A stretch of 64,000 bases of DNA from Rhodosorus marinus CCMP1338. Taxonomy: Eukaryota; Plantae; Rhodophyta. Every line of letters starts with the position of its first letter. Within the stretch, counting starts at the first letter, position 1. The stretch covers positions 2,356,001 to 2,420,000 of the forward strand of contig JAMWBK010000002.1 of the NCBI GenBank assembly GCA_029953675.1, written 5' to 3'. Below, piece after piece: positions 12,611 to 24,682 of this stretch. The notes under the pieces were generated by a model, which had not been told where the DNA came from, searched no databases, and was given only the letters and a program-made list of their open reading frames with translations. Both the position numbers and the translations under genes were made by a program.

Positions 12611-14208
12611 ATGTCTGCGACCGCAATGGCGGATCCTCTCGCGAAGGAGTCCGCATTGTCCGGACCTGTGTTGAGTGCGGAAGACCTCTTCGTTAGGTTG
12701 AAGTTATACTCACGACAAGTGGAGTTTTTGGAGATTCAAGAGGATTATATCAAGGACGAGATGAAAAACTTGAAGAACGAGCTCGTTTTGGCTCAGGAAG
12801 AAGTAAAAAGGTATCGAGGGTCGGTCGATTCGAATATAGGCTTTATCTCGATCCCTCGCACTGATCGCTTTGTAATGTTTGTGGTCGCAGAATTCAATCG
12901 GTTCCTCTGGTGATTGGTCAGTTCTTGGAGATGGTTGACGCGGGCACGGGTATCATAGGATCTACAACAGGATCGAATTACTATGTAAGGAAAGTGCTCC
13001 GCTCTTGCGAACGCACTTGTTTGGATACTGGAAAAATTCTGATTTACTTGTCGCACCTAATCCACAGGTTCGAATTTTGAGCACTATAAACAGGGAGCTT
13101 CTGAAGCCGAGCGCGTCCGTCGCGCTTCATCGACACTCAAACGCATTAGTGGATACCTTGCCTCCTGAAGCAGATTCCACAATCGCAATGCTGACGGCCA
13201 AGGAACGACCGAACGTCTCGTATTCAGAAATTGGAGGTGCGATTCTACTTAACTATCGAGTTGTCTCATTCGCACTGCTCATTTCGAAGTCCTCTCGTCA
13301 ACTAGGTCTTGATATTCAGAAGCAGGAGATTAGAGAGGCCGTAGAGTTACCTCTTACGCACGCGGATTTGTACAGACAAATTGGAATTGATCCACCCCGC
13401 GGCGTGCTTCTTTACGGCCCTCCCGGAACCGGGAAGACTCTTCTGGCTAAGGCCGTTGCAAACCATACTACAGCTTCTTTCATTAATGTAGTGGGATCGG
13501 AATTTGTACAGAAGTACTTGGGAGAAGGTCCGAGAATGGTATGCTTCTTGCAATCCCTTTCCCAGCAAGTTTGAGTGTCCGGTTCCTGACACATGTTCGG
13601 GTTTTTGGGTTCAGGTGCGCGATGTGTTCAGACTCGCAAGGGAGAACGCTCCAACTGTGATCTTCATCGACGAAATCGATGCAATTGCCACGAAGAGATT
13701 TGATGCACAAACTGGAGCGGATCGAGAAGTACAGCGTATCCTGATGGAGTTGCTGAACCAAATGGACGGATTTGACCAGCATACAAACATTAAGGTCATT
13801 ATGAGCACGAATCGAGCGGACACCTTAGACCCAGCACTGCTCCGTCCTGGCCGATTGGACAGAAAAATTGAGTTTCCTTTGCCAGATCGACGTCAGAAAC
13901 GACTCATTTTCCAAGTCATCACTGGAACCATGAACATTAGTGACGAGGTAATTCCTCCCCCATCTGCGTGACTTGACAAGCCGTTGCTTAACCGAGCTGC
14001 TCATTTTCCAAATATCGTCAGGTCGATCTGGAGGACTATGTCTCTCGACCGGATAAGACCTCTGGTGCAGATATTTCCTCAATTTGCCGCGAGGCAGGAA
14101 TGCAAGCCGTTCGCAAGAACCGGTACGTGGTCCTACCCAAGGATTTTGAAAAAGCCTATAAGCTTTGTGTGAAGAAGGATGAGACCGAGTTCAACTTTTA
14201 TCAGTAAA
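12611..14208 (+). CDS. RPT3: 26S proteasome AAA-ATPase subunit RPT3 (regulatory subunit 6B), 6 exons
   Basis: [73 protein letters not shown] and terminal EFNFYQ; five GT-AG introns; TAA at 14206-14208. Confidence 0.97.
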
Positions 14209-14952
14209 ATAAGCAGATCGAGGCGCGAATATGTCATTCATGGCCTTCCACTTCATAGTGTGCACGGGCTCCCACCTGTCCGTGGAGAAGAAACTTCATT
14301 CGACACTCTTCGTGAACGTTCCTTCAAAGCCCGTTTCCGGAGGAGGGCCTAGGACTTTTGCTCGCCACCAAAACGCTTTTTGAGCGTGACAAGCAGTGGT
14401 GGGCTCACCCACAGGATCAGTCCAAGCAACAGGCCTCAACGTTGGTCTGCTCTCCAAAGCATGAAGCTGATCGCAATCATGAGTAGGCAGAGGCTGCAGT
14501 GGTCTAAGGTAGGTGACCACACCGCCAGAGCAAGCGACCTGCTAAGAGACATGCTCACAAGGAAGCCGCTTCGTAGCTTTTCGTACACAACACAACTACT
14601 AAGGTTCGTGAACGGACGGACACACCTAGACTGACCGAAAGCAGCAGTCAAGACTTCTTAGGACATTTCATGAATAATATTAGACTTTTCTTTATAGTAT
14701 TCCAGTAGTGTATCCCCTCGCACAATTTGGCCTCTTTTTCGTATTTTAGTACGTTAACTTTTAATGAATATAGTAAATATTTTATGCATACGACTTCATG
14801 AGATTCTAGAAGATGACGGTGGGTCCCCGAGGGGCTCCGATGTTGAGGTTCTTACAGAGAGTTCGGCTGCTTTGAGAGGAATGTGGGAGGGGAAGGATGT
14901 GCTAGCCGAGGACAAAGATTTTTTCCAGACTCTTTACCAAGTACTGATAGTT

Positions 14953-16067
14953 ATGGCTTTGAGTTTGATCATGTCACGAACGTCTAGATTGGGGGTGTTG
15001 TTCGGAAGAGGGTTGTTCAGTAACTTGCATGGAGCTGGATTTGAGGCTGGGGTTTCCTCGACGAGGTTTCTTCAGGGCCGCAGCCTGAGCGCTTCTACGA
15101 GTGATAGCTATAGTTGGGAGCAGGATCATCGCCGTGCGTGGCAGCAGGCGAATAAGCCGAGTAAACGAAGTGGCAAGAACAGGGAACAGGATTTGGAAAC
15201 TCTCATCATGGATTTTAAGCAGAAGTACGTCGAGGGAAAGTATCGAGAGGCGAAGCTGCTGGGAGAGAAGTGCGTGCTGGTATCGAAAGACTTACGAGGA
15301 TTATCTGATCCCGTGACCGCGTCGACCTTGAACAATTTGGCGATAATCTTGAAGAGACTCGGCAACTTGCATTACGCTGAGAAAGTGTACTCGGTGAGGA
15401 TCAGAGTAGAAAGTCCATGTTGACCTTGGCACTCTCAATTGTACGTTATTCCTGACGGTTGACGCTTTGTTTAGGAGGCGATCTCAATTTACAATTCGAT
15501 ATATGGCCCTACCCATCAGAACACGATGACAGCAATAAGCAATAGAGCGCTGCTGATGAGGCGGCTTGGCAAGAGCCAGGAAGCCTTGGAAGACCTAGAG
15601 CTCGTGCACAAGTATCGGCATGAGGAGGAAGGAGTCAATAGTCCTGCCACTGCGATTGCTCTAAGGTAAGAATTGCCTGTCTTCCTAGCCTCGGCGGACC
15701 CCTGTAGTCTTTGACCTCTGATCTAACCAGAAAACTCCTGGTGCGTTGATGCAGTAATGTAGCAACATCGTTTCGACAAATGGGCCTGCCAGAAAAGGCA
15801 CTCAAGATGTACAAGAATGCTTTAGAAGTGTTGAGGGAACAAGTTGGAGAAGATGACCTTGGGACCGCAACTGTGCTCAACGACATGTCCCTTACGTTGG
15901 TGGACCTCTCGAAACTTGCGGAAGCAGAAGAAGTATGTGGGAAGGCCATAGCTGTTAGATCAACTGTTCTCGGTCGGGATCATCCGGATACAGTCCGATC
16001 AATGGAGAACATGATAACAATTTTCGCGAAACAAGATGAGCAGAAGGGTCAAGTCGAAAAAAAGTGA
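14953..16067 (+). CDS. Kinesin-light-chain-type TPR repeat protein with a probable mitochondrial presequence, 3 exons
   Basis: Repeats DPVTASTLNNLAIILKRLG, HQNTMTAISNRA, SPATAIALSNVATSFRQMG, DLGTATVLNDMS and LGRDHPDT. The Arg/Ser-rich N-terminus (MALSLIMSRTSRLGVLFGRGLF) lacks acidic residues early on. Confidence 0.75.
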
Positions 16068-17518
16068 ACGGACGACGAGGTCAGGAGAGGGGTTACGAAA
16101 AAACCCCTCTCCTGACCTAAAAAAAATGAATTTATGGCCAGTCGGCACACTGGTACGGTACATGAAATTCGTTAGTTCTCCTGTTCTTATATATGTATAT
16201 CATGCAAGCGACGGTGTCCTCCTCTGTGTAGCTGTAGACCATCTTGACATGGCTTGTAAATCCGATGAAGCTGACGAAACGTCTGAATTAACTGCTGCAG
16301 CGTCAAATCGCTTAACCCCATCAAAGCAGTACTAAAACGCGAACGTACTCTTGGCATGGATCCATGATCGCGTCCAGGCGGATAACCCAGCTGGAGGATG
16401 GCTTGCGCCTCATCATCAGCAGCAGCGGCAATAACACATGGGTTTCGCAGACAACTAAGCCGTTGAGCGCACAAGCTTAGGCACGGTGTTCAACCTCAAG
16501 GTGTCCGTTTGGGCTAAAGCCTGCAAATCGTCACTCAAACAAGTTGACCGGTGGCACCGCTATGGAGGTGCTTCCTGATGTAGTTTATTGATCCGCACTA
16601 TTAATCTATCCAATCGATTGGGCATCTCATTGCCAGACGTCAATCCAAATCTTCCTACGAAACGCGACCTAGAATCAACTGAAAAGTTTACATACATAGA
16701 TTGGTCTATGCGACGGAACGAGTTGGAGCTCGAGCCAAGAGTAGGAGACAGAACTTGGTAGGCAGCAGCAAACACTACATAAGACTGCTCTGAGCATGAC
16801 GCCTGCAGTTCGACTTGGAAGTATATGGTCAGGGAAGATCGAGAAGCAAAGTGAAGGTAGAGATCTTGTTTAGGTCTTGGGACATGTGCTCCTCTTCAGG
16901 GGGTCATATGAAGGGGTCCAATCAATTGGAAACTATTATTTCTTATATCATTATACATTAGATATACAATCATTATTATAAGACTGAATTAACGGTGACG
17001 CTTAAACGGAAAATTCTATCCACCAATCCAAACATATTTAAGTGTCGCATAAAATAGATAGACTTATCAGTCTATTAACCATGTTAAAATGTATTTAAAA
17101 ATATTATAGACTACAGTCGGATTTCTTGATTGAATATTGAGTGACTCTAAAAGATGATCTTCGGACCTAGCATGGCCGGCAGGATTGACATGTGCGAGAT
17201 GTTTTTATTTGTTATATTTTTAACGGCTTTAGGTGTTTGTGTGGAGCTGAGGTCGAGTTGAGGGAAAACCGGCCGTGGAAGTGGTGATTTTAGGAGGAGA
17301 GACGGGGATGGGGAGGTTTTAGGGGGTTAGGGAGGATGTTTACTCATTGCCAGATGTTGCGTTGTACGGAATCTAGATTATAAAAAGGTTTATGAGAGCT
17401 TTCATGTAACGAGGGGTGCGTGGAGGAGAGGGTCAAGGTAGTTGTTGAGGTTTGCTTTGTGGAGTTTGTTTGTTTTTTGCGGTGGGTTGGGGTGGACGAG
17501 GTTTTGGGGTTTGGGAGA

Positions 17519-18216
17519 ATGGCTGCGTTGGGGTTTGTGGGTGGCCTGATGAGGGTTACGAATGGAAATGCGGTGAGGTCTAGGCAGCGTGTTGTGTGTC
17601 AGGTGCTTGGTGAGGATCTTGTTGAGGATAAAGTTGTGCGGTTTAGGACGCGGGAGGAGACTAGGCCTAAGAACTTGGTCGGACCTGTGAGTTGCTTGTT
17701 CTTCATGGCCTTTTTGCGAGTTCTTGTTTGTTTATGACAGGGGAACTGTCAGAAAATGGTAGTTTGTACTTACGTTTGGCGTGCTGTTTGCTCTGCGTCT
17801 AGGATCATGACGCCTCTAGGCCGAAGACAAAGTCGGAGCTGATCTTGGAGCAGATAGAGGAAACAAAAAAGAAACTTGGTGTTGCGAATGAAGAGGTCAA
17901 GCCTCGCCCCGAAGTGAAACCAGTTGATTTGTCCAAGATCAACATCTTCTATGGTTTTGGTGCTGCTGCAGCCAGCGGAGGAATCTTTTACGTCCTACTG
18001 ACTTTCACACTTTTGCTGATTGACTTCTACAACGGTGACCCGTTTCACTCAGACGTGTATTTTGTGGAGCGGCTTTACGCAGTCGCCAGAGTAGCAATGA
18101 TGTCTTTGTTTACGCTTGCGACCGGAGTGACGGGAGTGACGGCTCTTGGAATCTTCTTGTTGTCCTGCCAAGTGTCGTACATGCGGCTCACAGGGGCCTT
18201 TGATAAGGAGAAGTAG
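17519..18216 (+). CDS. DUF3082-family plastid membrane protein, 2 exons
   Basis: Transit-like MAALGFVGG.... The C-terminal GFGAAAASGGIFYVLL...PFHSD...ARVAMMSLFTLATGVTGVTALGIFLLSCQV matches my recall of cyanobacterial/plastid DUF3082. Confidence 0.7.
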
Positions 18217-20674
18217 ATTCCTGTTTTCGTGGAGGATGCAAATGCTTTGAAATCTATCGCTAGAAATGTTGTTGTGTATGGTACTATTAATTTTTAAATA
18301 CCTCTTCTCGAGAGATACTGGGTTGAATCATACGTTCGCATGCCCCTAGTTCATGTAGGCCAAAGTTTGACGCTGCGGGGAGCTTTACTCCACTGCCCAC
18401 GGCGATAGGAACGGCCGAGATCAACGTACTTACCATAGGAACGATTATAGCATACATACTTGAAAACAGCGCTCCGTGTACCATAGGGGCACTGTCGTTC
18501 ACGTTGCTTTTAATACAGTCGAAATAACTGGCCGATCTCATAAGTCACGGGTATCCCTATGCCAGCTTGCTCCTTCCTGGTTAACAGAATCGCTTAGGAG
18601 TGAAGCCACGCGCGGAGCATCGCGGTGGGTGCTAACAAAACCATTCCTTGCGGGCAAAGTTTGTAGCGTTGCTTGACCCACGCTCTCCAAAACAACCCTC
18701 TTGATGGAAGGTCCAGTGGATCAGGCGCAACAGATGGATCCGGCCAAGGTCGCGCGATGATAGCTCGTCACATCAGCCCGACCAGTACTGAACACGTCTC
18801 CGCCCTACTCATTCTATGCCTTCGTCACTGACTTAACACCTAATCCTGACTGAGGTGGTAAGAGGCAGTGCAGCTATCAGCGGGAACCATTCCGGTCGAA
18901 CTATTGTACACAAGCATCCGTCCCACGAAACCCAGTCCGTTAAAATGGCTGAATCAATCAGTTAACATGTCCGACTTCATCGAGACCCCATACCGCCGAA
19001 GTCGGCTGAACGTGCAAAGCACGTTTTGACATTTTATCGCTAGATGATCTCGCCAAGAATATTTTCCAGAACAAGTACAGTGAGCACGAGCGGACGGACC
19101 ATCACATGATCCCAAACGAGCACCTATTGAAAGGCGAGATTGGAGGTCCGGCGCTCGAAGCTTATTGATGTGAGCGTCAACATGGCTCCTTAAGTTCGCT
19201 CAAGGAGGGCGGGTTTTGTGTACGAGTGGGTTTAAAGGCGTTCCTTGTCCTTCTGCCCAGCGTATAAGCGGGTCCAGAAGTTCTTGTCGTCGAATACCGC
19301 CATCAACTCGCAAAATCTCGTCCTCGCGGAAGCAATTGATAAGCTTTCGCGGAAAAAAAACAAACCAGAATCGCATTGTCTGCTGCACATCTTTGTCTTC
19401 GCTCCATCATCGGTAGTGCCTCCACATCTGAAAGCAGTGCATACATACCAGCATTAAACCGCTCAGCTAAGCCGCCAGTACATAAAAGATGATAGAGCGT
19501 AGATAGTACCAAACGCTCAGCACCAACTTTCCCATACCTCTGCAATAGCAGTCCGGGTTAAATGACTGATTCAATCATTAATCATCCATGCCGATTGACA
19601 TATTCTCAAAGGGGGCGGAGAAAAAGTCCAAAAAAATGTAGAACAACAAATGAAATTTTAAAAAACAAGCATCCCTCAATTCACAGAGGAAATCAGCTGT
19701 AGGGTTTTTTTTATTATAATTGCTGGTTCGTTCCTCATGCCAAAAAAATTAATAAAAAAAATAAGTACCGCTCCCGATTGGACACTTTTTAAAGTATAAT
19801 CGAAAAGTTTGAAGCGCACCCTCTAAAAATGTTGGCACAGCATCAGGTCATGTGCCCAGGCTTCCCAAAAAGAAGAAAAAATCATTCCTTCGGATTCCTT
19901 CGGGGGAAAAAGCTCGGGGAAGGGGGGGGAGGGGAGGGAGGGAGAGGGTCGTCATCAAGAAAACGAAATGGTGCTTGTTTAAAGACCATATTGTTTAATT
20001 TAGAGTAAATTTTTTTTTTAAATTCGGCTAGAAGTGAATATATGGATATCTCAATACGTAATCTAGATACTTGTTCTAGATTGAGGTTTATCGGGTACGG
20101 AAAAGTAGGAGTAGGGGGGGAAGAGGGAAATTGTACCTGAAGAGATTTTTGGATTAATTATGTTTATGAGGAGGGGGGATCGAATTTTTCTTGGTAAGTG
20201 TTGCTGTTTGAGTTTAAGAAGGGATTCTAAAGAGGGGGTTTTTGTTGTTTTTTTCATGGTGTGGTGTATGGAGTATGGAGTTCGGGGTTTGTTTGCGTGG
20301 GGAGGAAGAGAGTGTGGGTGGGGGAGGCACTTCTTGATGGGAAAGAGAGAGAGAGAACGTTTACGGTGTAGAATTTGTTTTGTTGGGTGGAAGGAGAGAT
20401 CGTAGACGACCACCTGCTTATCCCTTCTTCTCCTTTTTTAGGGTTGTTGGATTTTTTGTTCGGGCCGAGAGCAGTCTTGCGATCGTGCCGAAGATCGGGG
20501 AATCGGAAGGGTGTGTGTTTTGCGGGGTGGGGTGGGGGGAGGGGGAGGGGTAAGGTTTTCTTAGGGGGGTTTTGTCGAGAGATTTTTTTATTGGGGGGGG
20601 GATAGGAGAGGTGCCGGTGCTTGGGTGGGGTGGAAGTGAAGGGAGGGGGCTTTGATCTTGCTGTGGAAAGCAGA

Positions 20675-23600
20675 ATGTCGGCGTTAGAGCGCCAGTGCAC
20701 CCTCCTGATCAACTATGATCAGTCGTCGCAGGTGGAGGTGTCCGACTTGCTATCAAAGTTGGAAGGCGGTGACACTAATGAAAAGATTGATGCGTTGAAG
20801 CAATTCATCCTGATGCAGCTGAACGGGGAAGCGGTCCCAAGTTTGTTGATGACGGTGATTAGATTTGTGCTGAGACCCCAATCGGAGACTCACTTGAGGA
20901 AACTTGGACTCTACTACCTTGAGATTGTGGATAAACGTGGAGAGGATGGTAAAATGCTACCAGAAATGATTCTTGTATGGTAAGGACTCCAACTCAAACG
21001 CGGATCGATAAGTGGAAAGTCCAGGTCCACGGGGAATCTTGCGATTGATCTGACACTGGAGCTTTAACTTGTACGTGTTTGCCTTCCGTGCTCCGTCAAT
21101 ACAGCAATATGGTACGAATGGAGCTAGAAAACCCGAACGAGTACTCGCGGGGATCAGCGCTTAGGTTTGTGTGCAAGCTGCATGACGCCGACTTAGTGGA
21201 ACCATTGATCTCTGCGATTCGCCCGAATTTGGAGCATAGACATAGCTTTGTTCGCAGAAACGCAGTTCACGCGATTCACCACGTATGTTTTTATGCCTTC
21301 AGCAACAATTCACAACGGAACTGGTTCTAACTCGAATGGTTATGCTCACTTAGGTGTACGCCAAGTTTGAGCATTTGATTCCTGATGCTCCCGAGATTGT
21401 AGAAGCGTTTTTGAATAATGAGGTAGACCTTGCCTGCCGCCGGAACGCGTTTTTGATGCTCTGCCAGTGCGATCAGGACAGAGCGGTGATGTATCTGCTT
21501 CAAAACATTGCGGAGGTACCTTCATGGGGTGAAACACTGCAGCTTTCGGCGCTAGAATTGATAAGGAAAGTGTGCAGGCAGAATCCGATGCAGAAGGGTG
21601 GCTACATAAGGATCATTCTTGCATTGCTCCAGAGCTCGGCGGCAGCCGTAGTCTATGAGTCAGCGAACACCCTCATTTCCCTTTCTAACGCGCCGACCGC
21701 GGTCCGAGCTGCTGCGCAACGATTTTGTGATCTGCTGTCTACGCAGTCCGACAACAACATCAAGCTCATCCTCCTTGACCGACTTATTGAGCTGAGAAAA
21801 AACCATCTGCAGACAATGCAAGAGCTTCTGATGGACATGCTTCGCGCTCTCTCGAGCCCGAATATGGACATACGAAGAAAAACCCTTACGCTTGCTATGG
21901 ACCTTGTTACTACCCGTAATGTCGAGGACGTGATATCCGTCCTAAAGAAAGAGCTGCTTCGCACCCAAGCATCCACGGACGTGTCGCCTGAAGTTTTGTA
22001 CGAATACCGACAGCTCCTGGTACACGCGCTTCACAGCACGGCGATTCGGTTCCCGGACGTTGCACCCACTGCAGTGAACGTTCTGACGGATTTCCTCGGG
22101 GACAGCTTCGGTCCTGCAACGACAGATGTAATCATGTTTGTGAAGGAGATTACGGAAATTCTACCTGAACTTCGGCCGGGAATACTTGAAAAGCTGCTCG
22201 ACTCTTTACCGACGATAAAGGTTCCCGCAGTCGTCCGCGGAGCTTTGTGGATTCTTGGAGAGTACAGTGAGACCCCGCAACAGCTGCGACAAGCGTTTAT
22301 GGTAAGGAGTGGTGAACCAGCCTAGTTTATGCCGTGAAATCTGAAAGTGGAGCATATTCATTAACCTGTGGTATTCTTGAATCGCGTCGTAGACGATCAT
22401 GGAAAATGTCGGTAGCTTACCGTTCGCAACGACAAAGCATGATCCAGAGGACGAAGAGGAATCCTCTGAGACCCTGAAAGCGCCTCAGGAGAAGACTGTG
22501 GTCTTGGCAGATGGAACATATGCGACCCAGGTTGCTGAGGAACCTGACACTTTACTGGCCTCGCAAGCCGACAAGGGCCCACCTTTGCGATCGTTGATTA
22601 TGAACGGAGAGTACTTTGTTGGAGTTGCTCTCTGTACCGCGCTGACAAAGCTGGCTATTAAGGTGTGTCCGTCTTCAGGAAACCTCGCGACGTGGATGAA
22701 GAACTAATGCCAAAAGTTGTTTCTCTGTTGCAGGTGTCCTTGACAGAGGGTGTCTCGCAGGAGCTCATGAACAAGGTGAAGGCGGAAGCAATGCTCGTTT
22801 GTGCATCACTGTTGCGCGTTGGAACCTCAGGACTCTTGCCAACGAGAATCAATGAGGGTTCGGCAGAAAGGATTGTAACTGCCATTCGTGCTCTGAATGG
22901 AGATGTTGATGTGGCGATATGGCTAAAGGTAGGAGGGAATTGGCGAGAATTCTCCGTTTAGATTTCACTTCAAGGATTCAAGCATTGGTGGCTAAACATG
23001 CACTGTCGATCTCATGCTCTAGGCCAATCGGGAAGCGTTTGGCACTTTAGTAAGGGACAAGAGAGCGAAGGAGAACCGCGAGGAGCAGAAGAAGGCCATG
23101 AGCGACCAGGTGCAAGTGTTTGAGCAGATCGACTTTGGAATCCTGCGCTCGCGACGTTTAGCTGGAGGCAGCGAAGAGGGTGCCATTGACGAAATGGACC
23201 TGATAGAAGCCTCAACGGGTATGGAGAGACTGGATATACCGTCTCGTGACTGATTTATCCAGAACATGCATTAGGCAAAGAAATCAATGCTGAAGATATC
23301 TATTTTCTTGCTTCGTCATGCTTCTGCAGCTGGCGGGTCCACGAGTGTTTTCAATCTTTCCCGTGTGCAGCAGCTCACCGGAATGAACGATCCCGTCTAC
23401 GCGGAAGTGCACATGATCGTTCATCAGTACGATATAATCTTGGACTTGTTGCTCATTAACAAGACCACGACTACGCTTCAAAACCTGACCGTGGAGCTGG
23501 CGACAATGGGCGACCTGAGGCTCTGCGAAAGGCCTCAGACTTACACAGTATGTTCATCCTCTTGACTGATAGTCGAACTGGGCTCCCGATCAACCTGACA

Positions 23601-24321
23601 CTCGGTTTTTCCAATCGCAAAATTTTAGTTTGGCCCAAATGAACAGAAGAACATACGGGCAAACATTAAGGTGTCTTCCACCGAGACTGGAATTATTTTT
23701 GGCAACATTGTATACGACATTTCTGGTGCTTCCGAAGACCCGGGCTGTGTCATCTTGAACGACATCCACATAGACGTCATGGATTATGTTGAGCCCGGCT
23801 TCGTCTCGGATGTCGGATTCCGGTCCATGTGGGCCGAGTTTGAATGGGAAAACAAGGTACGCCGTCGAAATGCTGGGTTCACTAAGGATTTGATTCCACT
23901 TGCCGACCAAGCATCCATCTTTCGTTCTCAACACGTTCAGGTCGCCATAAACACCAGCATTTCCGATCTTGGAGAATATCTGGACTACATTATCGAGAGC
24001 ACGAACATGAATTGCCTCACGTTGCGGGGCATTGAGAACAAGAGTGGTTTCCTCGCGTCGAACCTGTATGCTACTTCAACATTCGGAGAGGATGCGCTCG
24101 TCAACGTTAGTGCGGAAAAGAATCCTGAAGGTGGACTGTCCGGTACGTGTTTGTAGATCTGCGCAGAAATCCCCGCGGACATGGGCACCTCGATCTTGTT
24201 ACTAATTTCGTTCGGGTAACGTCCTGCAGGTTATATCCGAATTCGTAGCAAGACCCAAGGTATCGCCTTGAGCCTTGGAGACAAAATAACTCTCAAGCAG
24301 ACACAAAAGTCTGGCAAATGA
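20675..24321 (+). CDS. COPB1: Coatomer subunit beta (beta-COP), multi-exon
   Basis: [77 protein letters not shown] and [20 protein letters not shown]; stop TGA at 24319-24321. Confidence 0.96.
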
Positions 24322-24682
24322 GCAACATTTTGTCTCTGAAAAATCGTAAGCAGCGCTAATTTTTTTTGGTCACGGGTCAGAAGTAAATATCCAACAAGAC
24401 ATTCCTTGCCAACTTTACATATTGGAAGCAGAAACATGCCGTGCTCGTCAAGCCGATAGTCCGAAACCTATATACCTGTCGTCGACGACGACATCAGGAA
24501 AGCCCACATCGAAAGCGTGAATTCGTTCCACACCTCATAGCTGACTGATGATGAGACGCCTGCGTGAATCTGACTGTGGCTGCGCTTCGAATTGGCCGCA
24601 GTTGGATTCCCCAAATCAGGGCCGATCTAGATCCAAGTAGCTAGAGTCCCAACTGACAATATTGAATCCTAAAACATATTAG

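Noticed and set aside
14296-14520. Minus-strand peptide FWWRAKVLGPPPETGFEGTF resembling a ubiquitin-conjugating E2 segment
   Set aside because: A stop follows within 5 codons, no HPN or catalytic Cys exon fits before the RPT3 3' end, and no N-terminal E2 helix is seen.
20063-20712. Lys/Pro-rich or Gly/Phe/Val-rich ORFs in skewed leaders (also 2013-2757, 6846-7487, 12299-12610, 40815-41382, 44075-44466, 58796-59338)
   Set aside because: The G/T vs C/A skew suppresses stop codons. The products are low-complexity and lie in promoter or 5' regions.
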